Made by a program: the position numbers and the translations under genes
In this document: positions 1 through 11,395 of the stretch, one piece after another
Layout of the letters: each line of letters opens with the position of its first letter
How positions within the stretch are numbered: the first letter of the stretch is position 1
The notes under the pieces: model-generated
Seen by the model: the letters and a program-made list of their open reading frames with translations, nothing else
Database searches by the model: none
What the model was told of the DNA's origin: nothing
Source: an uncultured Mycoplasmatota bacterium
GTDB taxonomy: Bacteria; Bacillota_I; Bacilli_A; RF39; UBA660
Assembly (NCBI GenBank): GCA_947642475.1
Contig: CANRSQ010000002.1
Span: 608 to 64,607, forward strand
Direction: 5' to 3'
Length of the DNA: 64,000 bases

Positions 1-428
1 ATTACCTAAATTAAATTCCAAATGATATCTAGACGTTTTAGGATCATTAATACTTCCATTCATCATAAATACCCCACGAAGATAAGCACGTGATAATTCA
101 TCATCAGCTAAAATAAAATCTTCTGGTTCATCCTTATCAATACCCAAAGAATTCAAAATCAAATCCACTTTAGATTTTATTTCCAAAATATATAACATTT
201 TTTTATTATAATTATATCCCCTTCTAACAGTAATTTTAGGGTGAACATCAAAAATATCTTTAATCAAAGAAAAAATTTTTCTAGCCACACTATTATTTTC
301 AGTTGTAATAACAATACTGTCATCAATAACTGCACTACTGTGGATAATTCCAGATAACTCTGAAATTCTAGTCATTTCATCATCTTCAAGCTTACTAAGT
401 TCATCCTTAACCGTACTTGTAAAAGACA
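1..428 (-). CDS. whiA: WhiA-like regulator, N-terminal part (gene runs off the left edge of the window)
   Basis: Reverse-strand translation from the ATG at 428 gives MSFTSTVKDELSKLEDDEMTRIS..., a typical WhiA N-terminus. It lies directly downstream of a yvcK-like gene, as in Bacillus. It is absent from the ORF track because it is truncated. Confidence 0.65.
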
Positions 429-496
429 TAAAAACCACCTTTTTCTACCAAAATATTATAACACGTATAAAAGAAAAATAGAAGAAAACTTCTACT

Positions 497-1456
497 TTAA
501 CTCATCAAATAAGATAAAAGATTAACAGATACCTTCAAAGCATTATGCCTAATAATATTGTTTTCAATCAAAACATAATTATCCTCAATAATATCCGCCC
601 CTAATTTTTTAATATTATCATAATCCACTTCCACTAAATCTTTTTCCTCAGAAGTAGCATAATTTTCAATAATTTCAGGACTAATCACACCATTATTCAC
701 AACAACCGCATCTACTTTTCTATTACCTAAATAACTATTAAGTAATTTAATATGATGACTAACAAGAAAATTATCAGTTTCTCCCGGTTGGGTCATAATA
801 TTACAAACATATATGATTTTAGCCTTACTTTTTTCAATTTCTTCCCTAACCTCATCACAAATTAAATTTGGAATAATACTAGTAAATAAACTACCCATAC
901 TTAAAACAATCGCATCAGATTCCCTAATAGCCTTTAAAACATCAGGATTGACAATTGGTTTTTCCTTGTAAAAAACAGAATTTATCACACGATAATCTTC
1001 AGTAATATTGTGTTCACCCTCGACAATATCACCATCTTCCATTTGACCCATCAAAACAACATTGTCCTCAGTAAGCGGTAAAACCTTACCCCTTAATTTA
1101 AGAATCGAATTCAAAAGTTCAATTCCATCAGACATATTACCAGTAATTTCTTTCGCCCCAGTTAATAATAAATTACCAACCGGATGACCATTCAAATCAC
1201 TATTCGTCTTAAAACGATAATCAAGTAATTTTTTTACATCTTCCTCTTCCTCAGATAAACTTATTAAAACCTTACGAATATCACCAACCGCAAGAATATT
1301 AAATTCTTCCCTTAATCTCCCGGTACTTCTGCCATCATCACTAACAGTAACAACCGCCGAAATATCAAAAGGTAATTTTTTTAATCCACTAAGTAAAATA
1401 CTCATTCCAGTTCCGCCGCCTAAAACAGCAATTTTATTTTTCTTCATTCTATTCAC
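497..1456 (-). CDS. yvcK: YvcK-like gluconeogenesis factor (CofD/UPF0052 family)
   Basis: N-terminal KIAVLGGGTGMS glycine loop and overall YvcK/CofD-like sequence. Synteny trxB-yvcK-whiA. Confidence 0.8.
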   Translation of the reverse strand: MNRMKKNKIAVLGGGTGMSILLSGLKKLPFDISAVVTVSDDGRSTGRLREEFNILAVGDIRKVLISLSEEEEDVKKLLDYRFKTNSDLNGHPVGNLLLTGAKEITGNMSDGIELLNSILKLRGKVLPLTEDNVVLMGQMEDGDIVEGEHNITEDYRVINSVFYKEKPIVNPDVLKAIRESDAIVLSMGSLFTSIIPNLICDEVREEIEKSKAKIIYVCNIMTQPGETDNFLVSHHIKLLNSYLGNRKVDAVVVNNGVISPEIIENYATSEEKDLVEVDYDNIKKLGADIIEDNYVLIENNIIRHNALKVSVNLLSYLMS

Positions 1457-2321
1457 CTGCTTTTATACTTAAAGCCGCTACCGCACCATCGCTAGCCGCT
1501 GTAATGATTTGATAATAATCCTTAGAAATAACATCACCACATGCATATACATTTTTAACCGATGTTTCCATATGCTTATTAACAATAATATACCCATTTT
1601 CATTCTCAAGATCAGAAATAAAATCAGCCTGTGGCTTACCTCCAATCGCAACAAATAAACCTTCTAATTCAATTTGTTTGCCGTCCTTTAAAATAACCCC
1701 AGTTAAACTATTATCCTTAGAAATAAATTCACTAATCTCGCAGCCCTTCAAAATAGTAATATTATCACAAGATAACACTTTCTGAATAACATCATCATGA
1801 GCCCTTAAATCACTTCTAACAAAAACATAAATTTGCTTGCATAAATCAGATAGATATAAAGCATTAGTTAAAGCCGAATTTCCACCACCAACTACACCAA
1901 CAACTTTATCCTTGTAAAAAGCTCCATCACAAGTCGCACAATAACTGATACCTCTAATAGAATCTTCACCAGGCAAATTAAGTTTTGAAGGAATCCTACC
2001 AGTCGCAATAATTACATTTTTACATTTTAATTCTTTATTACTAGTTTTAACCACAAGATATCCATCCCTATTTACCTCAGTTACTTCAGAAAATTCAAAT
2101 GGAATACCCTCTTTCTTAACGTGATTAAACATTGTTAAAGCAAGTTCTGCCCCATTAATCGATTCAAAACCTAAATAATTATCAACCACACTAGTTTTCA
2201 GCATTTGACCACCAGGAGCATCCTTATCAATAAGTAATACTGAAAGGCCAGCCCTTTTTAAATATAAAGCCGCCGACAAACCAGCCGGTCCAGCACCAAT
2301 AACAATCGTATTATAATCCAA
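1449..2321 (-). CDS. trxB: Thioredoxin-disulfide reductase
   Basis: GAGPAG FAD motif, redox-active CATCDG, GGGNSA NADPH motif. The ORF-track start (2408) overlaps lgt. The likely start is the TTG at 2321, preceded by a GGGAGG RBS. Confidence 0.85.
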   Translation of the reverse strand: MDYNTIVIGAGPAGLSAALYLKRAGLSVLLIDKDAPGGQMLKTSVVDNYLGFESINGAELALTMFNHVKKEGIPFEFSEVTEVNRDGYLVVKTSNKELKCKNVIIATGRIPSKLNLPGEDSIRGISYCATCDGAFYKDKVVGVVGGGNSALTNALYLSDLCKQIYVFVRSDLRAHDDVIQKVLSCDNITILKGCEISEFISKDNSLTGVILKDGKQIELEGLFVAIGGKPQADFISDLENENGYIIVNKHMETSVKNVYACGDVISKDYYQIITAASDGAVAALSIKAGE

Positions 2322-2322
2322 A

Positions 2323-3105
2323 CTAATCAGCCTCCCTATAATATTTACTTCTTTTATATGAAAATACAAATAAAACAATTCCACAAATAACCATTGTAAG
2401 CGACACAAATTGTGCCACTTTAAGATTAAATAACATCAAGCTATCAGTACGCAGTCCCTCGATAAAAAATCTTCCTATTCCATACCACACTAAATATAAA
2501 CTAGTAACCATTCCAACCTTGTTTTTACTCCATCTTCTAAAAAGAAGTAAAACAATAAACCCTAATAAACACCATAAAGACTCAAAAAAGAAAGTTGGAA
2601 TATAATACGTACCACCAATATTCATCCCATTAATAATAAATTCAGGCACAAACATATCGTGTAAATGACTTAAAGTAGTTTCAGGTCCATGAGCTTCACC
2701 ATTAAAGAAATTACCCCATCTTCCAATTGCCTGCCCAATAATAAGACCAACAACAATAAAATCTAAAATTAATAAAACATTAATTTTTTTCTTACGTAAA
2801 TAAATAATAATAAAAATCAAAGCTGCAATAATTCCGCCATGAATAGCTAAACCACCCCTCCAAAATTCAAAAGTTTCCAAAGGATGAGAAGCATAATAAT
2901 CAAAGTGAAATATTACAAAGTAAAGTCGTGCGCCTATAATCCCAATTATTATAGTCATAAATAATAAATTACAAATAAAATCTTCATTAAAGCCAAACTT
3001 TTTAGCTTCCTTAATAACTAACTGACCACCAATAATAATTGCCAAAAACAAAAACAAAGAGTAATAATGAATACTAATAAATCCTAAATCAATTGTTGGA
3101 TTCAT
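2323..3105 (-). CDS. lgt: Prolipoprotein diacylglyceryl transferase
   Basis: Polytopic membrane protein with Lgt signatures (GGLAIHGGIIAA, RWGNFFNGEAHG). Confidence 0.9.
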   Translation of the reverse strand: MNPTIDLGFISIHYYSLFLFLAIIIGGQLVIKEAKKFGFNEDFICNLLFMTIIIGIIGARLYFVIFHFDYYASHPLETFEFWRGGLAIHGGIIAALIFIIIYLRKKKINVLLILDFIVVGLIIGQAIGRWGNFFNGEAHGPETTLSHLHDMFVPEFIINGMNIGGTYYIPTFFFESLWCLLGFIVLLLFRRWSKNKVGMVTSLYLVWYGIGRFFIEGLRTDSLMLFNLKVAQFVSLTMVICGIVLFVFSYKRSKYYREAD

Positions 3106-3532
3106 ATGCTTTACCCCTTCCTTTTATTTTTTCTAAAACCAAAGTATCCATAAGAACATTCAAAGTAGAAATTAAAACCGCTGCCAAAACTGCAAACCAA
3201 ATACCATAAATTTGAAAATGAGGATATAAAATAACACTAACAATTTTTAAAATAATCAAATTAATAAATGGATAAAACAAGCCCAACGTAATACCCGTAA
3301 TTGGAATAGTAAGCCATACAAGTAAAGGCTTAATTGTTTTATTAAAAAGATAAATAATAACAGCCGCCACTAAGCTCCACAATCCATAATAAGCATTATC
3401 TATATATAAGGTATCATTAAAAATCAAAGACGTAATGATTAAAATAACCGCATAAGCAACCATACTAAATACCCAATTACAAATTTTATATAAATTATCT
3501 CTCGAAAGTAGTTTATTCTTCACAAAATTCAC
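3089..3532 (-). CDS. Small 4-TM membrane protein (YvlD / phage-holin-4-like)
   Basis: 147 aa, four hydrophobic segments, upstream of lgt as yvlD is in Bacillus. Family assignment is from memory only. Confidence 0.45.
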   Translation of the reverse strand: MNFVKNKLLSRDNLYKICNWVFSMVAYAVILIITSLIFNDTLYIDNAYYGLWSLVAAVIIYLFNKTIKPLLVWLTIPITGITLGLFYPFINLIILKIVSVILYPHFQIYGIWFAVLAAVLISTLNVLMDTLVLEKIKGRGKAYESNN

Positions 3533-3568
3533 CCATTTCCAAATATATTCTTTTATATTATATCATAA

Positions 3569-5518
3569 TTATTCACTCTTAAGTTCAAATAAAATATCAC
3601 GTAATTCCATCGCACGTTCAAAATCAAGATTTTTAGCCGCTTCCTTCATCTCATTTTCAATATTAATCATAAGTTTAGCCTTCTCTTGCTTACTCATCTC
3701 AGCTGGTTTTTCTTCCTTCACCTCAGCCTTATTAGAAATAACATCTCTAATTTCCTTAACAATAGTTTTCGGAACAATACCATGTTCTTTATTATAAGCT
3801 TCCTGAATAGATCTTCTTCTTTCCGTCTCACAAATCGCCTTACTCATCGCATCACTAATATAATCAGCGTACATAACAACACGACCATCCGCGTTTCGAG
3901 CTGCCCTACCAATAGTTTGAATAAGACTTCTTTCACTACGAAGAAAACCTTGCTTATCCGCATCCATAATTGCAATTAAACTAACCTCAGGAATATCAAT
4001 ACCTTCCCTTAATAAGTTTATTCCAACAACCACATCATATTTACCAAGTCTTAAATCACGAATAATTCTAGTACGTTCCAAAGTTTTAATCTCATTGTGT
4101 AAATAAGCAACCTTAATATCAATTTTCTTAAGATATTGTGTAAGTTCTTCCGCCATCCTAATAGTTAAAGTTGTAATTAAAGTTCTCTCATTCTTATCTA
4201 TTTGAGCCCTAATTCTATCAACCAAATCATCAATTTGATTTTTAGTCGGTCTAACCTCTATTAATGGATCAAGTAAACCAGTCGGCCTAATAATTTGCTC
4301 AGTAACTTCATTATGACACTTTTCAAGTTCATAATCTCCAGGTGTAGCCGAAATATAAATAATTTTATCAAGTTTTTTCTCAAACTCATCAAATTTAAGA
4401 GGGCGATTATCCATCGCACTAGGTAACCTAAAGCCATAATCAACCAATACCTTTTTACGAGCTTGGTCACCATTATACATCGCTCTAACCTGTGGTAAAG
4501 TAACATGTGATTCATCGACAACTAAAAGAAAATCATCGCCAAAAAAATCAATTAAAGTAGTAGGAGTTTCTCCAGGGCCACGTAAAGCCAAATGCCTAGA
4601 ATAATTTTCAACACCCCTACAAAAACCAGTTTCTGACAGCATCTCAATATCATAATTAGTTCTTTCCATAAGTCTTTGATATTCAAGTAACTTATTTTCA
4701 GACTTAAATTTATCAAGCTGCTCATCAAGTTCCTTTTTAATATTTTGGATAGCTAATTTTAGTTTCTCTTCACTCGTAACAAAGTGACTAGCTGGAAATA
4801 AGGTAATCGTTTTTTTATCCCCAACAATAGCGCCAGTTACAATATCAAACTCACTAATTCTATCAATTTCATCGCCAAAAAATTCTACACGTATTCCCTT
4901 AGAATGCTGGTTAACAGGAACTACTTCCAAAACATCCCCACGAACTCTAAAAGAACCCCTCTTTAAATCAATATTGTTTCTTTCATAAAGCATTTCAATA
5001 AGTTTTTCAATTACCTTATCCCTATCAACAGTTTCCCCAGTCGCTAAAGAAAGCATTTTATTACGATACTCTTCAATTTCACCAATACCATAAATACAAG
5101 AAACAGAAGACACAACAATAACATTTTTATTATTTAATAAAGCTGAAGTCGCATAATGCCTAAGCTCATCAATTTCATCATTAATAGCAGCATCCTTTTC
5201 AATATAAGTATCCGTTTTAGCTACATAAGCTTCCGGTTGATAATAATCATAATATGAAACAAAATAACATACATAATCATCAGGAAATAACTCCTTAAAT
5301 TCCGAATATAATTGTCCCGCTAAAGTCTTATTATGCGCAAGTACTAAAGTAGGTTTATTAATTTCCTTTATAACATTCGCAATCGTAAAAGTTTTTCCCG
5401 TCCCTGTTGCCCCTAATAAAACTTGTTCTTTTTTACCATTATTAATACCATCTACTAATTTTTCAATAGCCTGCGGTTGATCTCCACTAGGCTTATATGA
5501 AGACACCAAATTAAACAT
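3569..5518 (-). CDS. uvrB: Excinuclease ABC subunit B
   Basis: GATGTGKT Walker A, DESH box, C-terminal UVR domain (FERAMELRD). The likely start is the ATG at 5518 ([18 protein letters not shown]) with an AGGAGGG RBS. The ORF-track start at 5611 is an upstream in-frame extension. Confidence 0.95.
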   Translation of the reverse strand: MFNLVSSYKPSGDQPQAIEKLVDGINNGKKEQVLLGATGTGKTFTIANVIKEINKPTLVLAHNKTLAGQLYSEFKELFPDDYVCYFVSYYDYYQPEAYVAKTDTYIEKDAAINDEIDELRHYATSALLNNKNVIVVSSVSCIYGIGEIEEYRNKMLSLATGETVDRDKVIEKLIEMLYERNNIDLKRGSFRVRGDVLEVVPVNQHSKGIRVEFFGDEIDRISEFDIVTGAIVGDKKTITLFPASHFVTSEEKLKLAIQNIKKELDEQLDKFKSENKLLEYQRLMERTNYDIEMLSETGFCRGVENYSRHLALRGPGETPTTLIDFFGDDFLLVVDESHVTLPQVRAMYNGDQARKKVLVDYGFRLPSAMDNRPLKFDEFEKKLDKIIYISATPGDYELEKCHNEVTEQIIRPTGLLDPLIEVRPTKNQIDDLVDRIRAQIDKNERTLITTLTIRMAEELTQYLKKIDIKVAYLHNEIKTLERTRIIRDLRLGKYDVVVGINLLREGIDIPEVSLIAIMDADKQGFLRSERSLIQTIGRAARNADGRVVMYADYISDAMSKAICETERRRSIQEAYNKEHGIVPKTIVKEIRDVISNKAEVKEEKPAEMSKQEKAKLMINIENEMKEAAKNLDFERAMELRDILFELKSE

Positions 5519-5633
5519 AATATCCCTCCTTTCAAAGCTGAATAATCTGTTATTATATTTTACCATTTTTATATTATTAAAACAAGGAATAAAGACACCC
5601 CTTATTCCCAATAAATCAAAATTATAAATATAT

Positions 5634-6524
5634 TTATTTTTTCCTTATTTTAGCTACAAAAAATCCCTCATATAATTCATTTGGACAAACACAAATAGTT
5701 CCTTTAATATTAACAGGCAATAAAGGAATACCATCAAATAAAGGCATATCAATAGGTACTATTTCCACATCATACTTTTCCACAATATAATTCAATACAT
5801 CCTCATTTTCCTCTTTTAAAATAGAACAAGTAGAATAAACAATTTCTCCATCTTTTTTTAAATGCTTAATCGCAGATTCCAACAATTCCTTCTGAAATTT
5901 TACCGAACGACTAACTAAATCAAAAGAAAATACCTTAGAAATAGAATCATCATTGCAATTCAAAGTCCCACTACCACTACAAGGCGCATCTAATAAAATT
6001 TTATCAAAAGTAAAAAACTCATCTAAATTCCTTCCATCTTTTACAACTACACTTACCTTTTTAGAACCTTGTTTTTTAATATTATATTTAAGTCTTTCAG
6101 CTCTGATTTTATTTTTTTCCAAAGCCATAATTAAAGCCTTATTATTAGATAAATTTGCCATTTGCGTAGTTTTCCCACCAGGAGCAGCAGCCATATCCAA
6201 AATAGATTCACCTTCTTTAGGTTCCAAAACAAGAGGAGGTATCATTGAAGATAAACTTTGTAAATAAATTAAACCATCTTCATACATCGGAAGCTTCTTA
6301 ATAGAATCTTCCCTAACCCCATCAATAATTAATGCATCACTATACCAAGAAACTTCCCTAAAATTAATTCCTAAATCAGTTAATTCATTTTTAATAAAAT
6401 CAAGACTAGTCTTACTAGTATTTATCCTTAAAGTAACATTTCGAAAAGAAAGGCCATCTATAATATCTTTACCAACCTCATCACCATACTCTAATCTAAT
6501 TCTATCATATAATTTTTCGCTCAT
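5634..6524 (-). CDS. NOL1/NOP2/Sun (RsmB/RsmF-type) RNA cytosine-C5 methyltransferase
   Basis: [13 protein letters not shown] motif, DAPCSGSG and TCS catalytic cysteine motifs. Confidence 0.75.
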   Translation of the reverse strand: MSEKLYDRIRLEYGDEVGKDIIDGLSFRNVTLRINTSKTSLDFIKNELTDLGINFREVSWYSDALIIDGVREDSIKKLPMYEDGLIYLQSLSSMIPPLVLEPKEGESILDMAAAPGGKTTQMANLSNNKALIMALEKNKIRAERLKYNIKKQGSKKVSVVVKDGRNLDEFFTFDKILLDAPCSGSGTLNCNDDSISKVFSFDLVSRSVKFQKELLESAIKHLKKDGEIVYSTCSILKEENEDVLNYIVEKYDVEIVPIDMPLFDGIPLLPVNIKGTICVCPNELYEGFFVAKIRKK

Positions 6525-6589
6525 AAAATCAGTCCTTTAACGCATTATAACACATTTTAAAACATAGAAAAAGAGTTCAACTAAGAACT

Positions 6590-8650
6590 CTATTGTTTAT
6601 CAATTTTGAAGTTTGCTTGATAACTATTTCCTAAATCAATTTCATCAACATCAATTTTATAACCTAATTTTTCAATTTCATCCGCACAATTTCTAATCAA
6701 ACGAATAACTTCGATAAAATTGTTATCATTTGCTGGAGCACTAACAACATTTTCAGTTACATTGCTTGCCATAGTTTCTGCAGTAGGTGCTTCTAAAATG
6801 TCTGATGATGGAATATCCGTAATAACCGGTTCCGCAGGTGCAGTTTCAAAACTTGGTGCAGGATTTACATTAATAGGTTCTGGAGTAACAACTGGCTGAA
6901 CAACACTAGGTTCACTTGGAGTCTCTATCACTGGAGCAGCCACTGGTTCAATTGGAGCCATTGGTGGAACTGGAATAGTGTCAACAGTAGGTTCAGAAAC
7001 AGCTACTGGAGGAACCATAGTAGATTCCGCAGGTTGCGTCATCATTGGTTCTGGATTAATTTGTCCTTGTGGCTCAAATGTTTGAACTGGTTCTGGCATA
7101 GGTTCAGGTACTACCGGTTGTTGAGGCTCAAATTGTTGAATTGGCTCTGGCTTTACAGACATTTCAGGTTGAACTAATTCATTGTAAAGTGAAGATTGAT
7201 TCACCTCATTAATTGGTTCTGTATTATTAGGAGTTTCAGCCACAACCTCATTTATACTTGTAGACTCAGTCATAGAAACAGGTTCTTCAGGTGCTTTTGA
7301 ATTCATAGCTTTTTGAACAGCCTCAGCAATACTCATAGACTCATTATTAGCTACTGGTTCAACAACATTAGGCGTTTCAGTTTTCATTTCATTAAAATTA
7401 GATTCACTTTCATTAATATTTCCAACAACCATTACAGGCTCTGGATTTACTGGCTGTAAATCAACCGGAGTTTGATTAAAAATACTGTCAAAACTTACTT
7501 CATTAGTAACAACTGGCTCTGGTTTTGGAGCTTCTTCAGGTTGTACAATTCCACTAAAATTAATAAATTTATTTTGTTCTTCATTTACTAAAGGAATTTC
7601 ATTAACTTCTTCTTGAGTTTGAGGCTCAGGATTAATCACAGGTTCTACTGGAACACTAGTTTCAAAAGCATTAGAAACAGGATTATCTTGTTTCATTAAA
7701 TTCGAAATATCTTTATTTTCTTGCGGCGCATTAATATCTTGAGCTTCACGCATAATTCTATCTATATCCATACCCTTTTCATCCTTTCTCATAAGTTTTT
7801 CTTCTAAATCCTTTGGTAAACTAACCCTAATAATTTCATGACTACCTCTAGCCACAGCCCTAACAGGCTTTTTAATAGGCTCGTTTTCACTAAATAAATC
7901 TTCTACTGGTTCACTTTTAACAAAAGGAACTTTAACCTTTTCCGCTTCCTGACTATCAAGCTCATTTGATAATTCTAAAAATTGATTGTTAACCTGAGTT
8001 TCAGTTACTTTAACTTCACTATTATCCATAGGCAAAACATCCTTATCCCCTAATAATTCTTTAATCGCATCGTCTGTTTTCTTAACAGTTAGACGTTCAT
8101 TTATAATTTTATTAAGCATTTCTATTTGCATATTTTTATCATGAATTCTAAGTAAAGATCTTGCATGTCTTTCCGAAATTTTTCCATTCAAAAGAGCATA
8201 CTGAACTTGATCATCTAAGTTAAGTAATCTTACCTTATTCGCAATCGTAGATTGTGTTTTACCTAATTTTTCCGCTAATTGAGCTTGCGTAATATAGCCC
8301 ATATCTAAAATTCTTTTATAAGATACAGCCTCTTCAATTGGAGTTAAATTTTGTCTTTGAACATTTTCAAGTAAAGCAATTTCTTCACTTTCTTTATCAT
8401 TTAAGTTAATAACAATAGCAGGGATAGTACTTTTATTTGCAATTTTACTAGCTTTATATCTTCTTTCACCAGCAATAATTTCATACTTATCGCCAATTTG
8501 ACGCACAACAATAGGTTGAATAACACCATACTTACGAATAGATTCAGCAAGTTCATTCAACTTATTTTCATCAAAATGAATACGAGGTTGAAATCTATTT
8601 GGTAATACATCTTCAATATTTAAAGACGTCAAATTGCCATATTCATACAT
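6590..8650 (-). CDS. parB: ParB/Spo0J-family protein with a very long Pro/Glu/Val-rich low-complexity insert
   Basis: N-terminal ParB/Srx domain with a GERRYKA (CTP-binding GERRxRA-type) box at about 8456-8470, an HTH (TQAQLAEKLGKTQSTIANKV) and ISERHARSLL. It lies next to rsmG, as noc and spo0J do in Firmicutes. Residues about 200-640 are low complexity. Confidence 0.8.
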   Translation of the reverse strand: MYEYGNLTSLNIEDVLPNRFQPRIHFDENKLNELAESIRKYGVIQPIVVRQIGDKYEIIAGERRYKASKIANKSTIPAIVINLNDKESEEIALLENVQRQNLTPIEEAVSYKRILDMGYITQAQLAEKLGKTQSTIANKVRLLNLDDQVQYALLNGKISERHARSLLRIHDKNMQIEMLNKIINERLTVKKTDDAIKELLGDKDVLPMDNSEVKVTETQVNNQFLELSNELDSQEAEKVKVPFVKSEPVEDLFSENEPIKKPVRAVARGSHEIIRVSLPKDLEEKLMRKDEKGMDIDRIMREAQDINAPQENKDISNLMKQDNPVSNAFETSVPVEPVINPEPQTQEEVNEIPLVNEEQNKFINFSGIVQPEEAPKPEPVVTNEVSFDSIFNQTPVDLQPVNPEPVMVVGNINESESNFNEMKTETPNVVEPVANNESMSIAEAVQKAMNSKAPEEPVSMTESTSINEVVAETPNNTEPINEVNQSSLYNELVQPEMSVKPEPIQQFEPQQPVVPEPMPEPVQTFEPQGQINPEPMMTQPAESTMVPPVAVSEPTVDTIPVPPMAPIEPVAAPVIETPSEPSVVQPVVTPEPINVNPAPSFETAPAEPVITDIPSSDILEAPTAETMASNVTENVVSAPANDNNFIEVIRLIRNCADEIEKLGYKIDVDEIDLGNSYQANFKIDKQ

Positions 8651-8765
8651 AAAGTACCCCTCCCTTCTATTCTTTTATATTTATCATACTATTTTTTGGG
8701 AAATAATTCAACATTTTTTTGCAAATAAAAAAAACTTTAATATAAAAACTAAAGTTTTCCCTTAT

Positions 8766-9464
8766 TTATAAAGGCTTTTTCTTAATTTCTGCAAACCTTC
8801 TAGGATATTTCCCGGAAATATTTCCCAATTTTTGAATCTTAATAATTGTACGATTACTATTTTCAAGCGGCAATAAAAATTTATTTTCATCCACCACTTT
8901 GCAATTAAGAACCTTCAAAGCATTTTTACTTTCAGATACTTCTTCATTACCCTTTAAAGCAATAAAATATTTATTTTTCTTAACCAAAGGAATAGAATAC
9001 TCAAGTAAAATATTCAAAGGGGCAACCGCACGAGCAGTTACAACATCAAATAAGTCGCGATTTTTTAAAGCATATTCTTCAGCTCTAGCATGAATGCACT
9101 CTACATCAGATAAACCAAGATCATCACAAACCAATTTCAAAAAATTAATTCTTTTATTTAAAGCATCAACTAAAGTAAGTTTTAAATGCGGAAAACAAAT
9201 TTTCAAAACAATGCCAGGAAAACCCGCACCAGTTCCAATATCACATAAACTATCCACATCATTTAAGTCAATAATCTTACATAAAGTTAAACTATCATAA
9301 AAATGCTTTAAATAAACATCATTTTTATCAGTAATCGCCGTTAAATTAATTTTTTCATTCCACTCAACTAATAATTCATAATATTTTTCTAACTGTTGAA
9401 GCATTTCTTCAGTCAAATCAATATTTAACCTTTTAACTTCACTAATAAATATCTCTCTATCCAT
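8766..9464 (-). CDS. rsmG: 16S rRNA (guanine527-N7)-methyltransferase
   Basis: GidB family (DIGTGAGFPG SAM motif). Position downstream of mnmG. Confidence 0.9.
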   Translation of the reverse strand: MDREIFISEVKRLNIDLTEEMLQQLEKYYELLVEWNEKINLTAITDKNDVYLKHFYDSLTLCKIIDLNDVDSLCDIGTGAGFPGIVLKICFPHLKLTLVDALNKRINFLKLVCDDLGLSDVECIHARAEEYALKNRDLFDVVTARAVAPLNILLEYSIPLVKKNKYFIALKGNEEVSESKNALKVLNCKVVDENKFLLPLENSNRTIIKIQKLGNISGKYPRRFAEIKKKPL

Positions 9465-11316
9465 GGTAATCCCTCTTTAAATAAATCATCAAAATTGATA
9501 TATCAGCAGGATTAACCCCACTAATACGTAGAGCTTGACCCAAAGAAGTAGGTCTAACTTCTTTAAGTTTTTGTTTCGCTTCACTAGCCAAATTATGCAT
9601 CGCATCATAGTTGATATCATCAGGAATTTTTTTATCCTCAAGATCCTTCATTTTTGAAGCTTCCTTCATAGCTTTCGCAATATAACCTTCATATTTAATA
9701 GAAATATCAGCCTGTTCTAAAACATCATCACTATAATCAGAAGATAAAAATCTAACTAAACTATCAATCTTAACCTCAGGTCTTTTAAGTAAATTAAATA
9801 AAGTAAGACCATCTTTAATTTCAGTAGTACCAATACTAAGCAAAAACTCATTATCACTAGGAGTAACCTTTTTTAATTTTAATTCTTCAATTAATTTAGC
9901 AATATTACTTTTCTTATCCAAGAATTTTTGATAATGTCCTTCATCAATTAAACCAACATTATAGCCACGTTCTCTAAGTCTTATATCCGCATTATCATGA
10001 CGAAGTAATAATCTATATTCTGCACGAGAAGTAAGTAATCTGTAAGGATCCCTTATCCCTTTAGTAACTAAATCGTCAATTAATACGCCAATATAAGCCT
10101 CATCCCTTTTTAAAACTAAAGGTTCTTTTCCTTCAAGTTTCAAAGCCGCATTTATACCAGCAATTAATCCCTGACAAGCAGCCTCTTCATATCCACTAGA
10201 ACCATTAATTTGACCAGCCGTAAATAAATTTTCTATTCTTTTAGTCTCTAAAGATTGTTTTAATTGCGTTGGATAAATAGAATCATACTCAATCGCATAA
10301 GCATATTTTAAAATTTCTGCATTCTCAAGTCCAGGTAAACTATGAACCATTTTTTCTTGAACATCATAAGGCATCGAAGTAGAAAAACCTTGAATATAAA
10401 TATCATCGTAAAATAAACTTTCAGGCTCCAAAAATAATTGGTGCTTTTCCTTATCCGCAAATCTAACTACCTTATCCTCAATAGAAGGACAATATCTTGG
10501 TCCAACACCCTTAATATCATCCAGTCCACCATACATACTAGACTTACTTAAATTATCATTAATAATATTATGAGTTTCATTAGTAGTATAAATCAAATGA
10601 CATGGAATTTGCTCATCAATATCATAAAAAGGCTTTAAATCAAAACTAAATGTATGATATACACTATCTCCATTTTCTATTCTAGTTTGGGAAAAATCAA
10701 TAGAATCTTTCGCAATTCTAGGAGGAGTTCCAGTTTTAAGTCTTTTAATGTCAAAACCAAGTTTAGCTAAATTATCACTCAAATGATTAGAAGGCTTTTC
10801 CCCATGAGGTCCTTCCCTTCTTCTAGTATCACCAACTAAAATATCCGCTTTCATATAAGTTCCAGTAGTTAAAACAACCGCTAAAGAACTTATCTTTCTA
10901 CCGTCTTCTAAAACAACCCCTTCGACTTTATTGTCAGAAACAATTAAATCTTCCACTAAACCCTCTAAGATTTCTAAATTAGAAGTAGATTCTAAAGTTT
11001 TAAGCATTTCTTTAGGATAAGTAATCTTATCAGCTTGAGCACGAAGTGCCCTAACAGCAGGACCTTTACCACTATTAAGCATTTTTATCTGCAATAAACT
11101 CTTATCAGCATTACGTCCCATTTCCCCGCCTAAAGCATCAATTTCACGAACAACAATTCCCTTAGCACTACCACCAATAGATGGATTACAAGGCATATCC
11201 GCAATATTTTTAATATTACCAGTCACTAATAAAGTTTTATGACCTTTTCTAGCACTAGCCAAAGCCGCTTCACATCCAGCATGACCACCACCAACTACAA
11301 TAATTTCATAATCCAT
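9457..11316 (-). CDS. mnmG: tRNA uridine 5-carboxymethylaminomethyl modification enzyme MnmG (GidA)
   Basis: YEIIVVGGGHAGCEA FAD motif and full-length GidA similarity. The ATG at 11316 has better RBS spacing than the GTG at 11325 used by the ORF track. Confidence 0.95.
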   Translation of the reverse strand: MDYEIIVVGGGHAGCEAALASARKGHKTLLVTGNIKNIADMPCNPSIGGSAKGIVVREIDALGGEMGRNADKSLLQIKMLNSGKGPAVRALRAQADKITYPKEMLKTLESTSNLEILEGLVEDLIVSDNKVEGVVLEDGRKISSLAVVLTTGTYMKADILVGDTRRREGPHGEKPSNHLSDNLAKLGFDIKRLKTGTPPRIAKDSIDFSQTRIENGDSVYHTFSFDLKPFYDIDEQIPCHLIYTTNETHNIINDNLSKSSMYGGLDDIKGVGPRYCPSIEDKVVRFADKEKHQLFLEPESLFYDDIYIQGFSTSMPYDVQEKMVHSLPGLENAEILKYAYAIEYDSIYPTQLKQSLETKRIENLFTAGQINGSSGYEEAACQGLIAGINAALKLEGKEPLVLKRDEAYIGVLIDDLVTKGIRDPYRLLTSRAEYRLLLRHDNADIRLRERGYNVGLIDEGHYQKFLDKKSNIAKLIEELKLKKVTPSDNEFLLSIGTTEIKDGLTLFNLLKRPEVKIDSLVRFLSSDYSDDVLEQADISIKYEGYIAKAMKEASKMKDLEDKKIPDDINYDAMHNLASEAKQKLKEVRPTSLGQALRISGVNPADISILMIYLKRDYHG

Positions 11317-11395
11317 AAAGTTCACCCACTTCTTTCGTCCTATGTATTATACTATCTTTTTAAACATTTAACAATAAAAAAAGAATCAAAAGATT

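Noticed and set aside
3686-3979. Numerous 60-140-aa ORFs antisense to housekeeping genes. Examples: 3686-3979, 4261-4521, 5953-6267, 8899-9300, 17155-17388, 18901-19326, 21532-21753, 23711-23983, 28667-28972, 52119-52409, 60139-60453, 62179-62499.
   Set aside because: All are embedded in, and antisense or out of frame to, strongly supported genes. They have low-complexity, Leu/Phe/Ser/Ile-rich translations typical of AT-rich shadow frames, and no RBS was seen.
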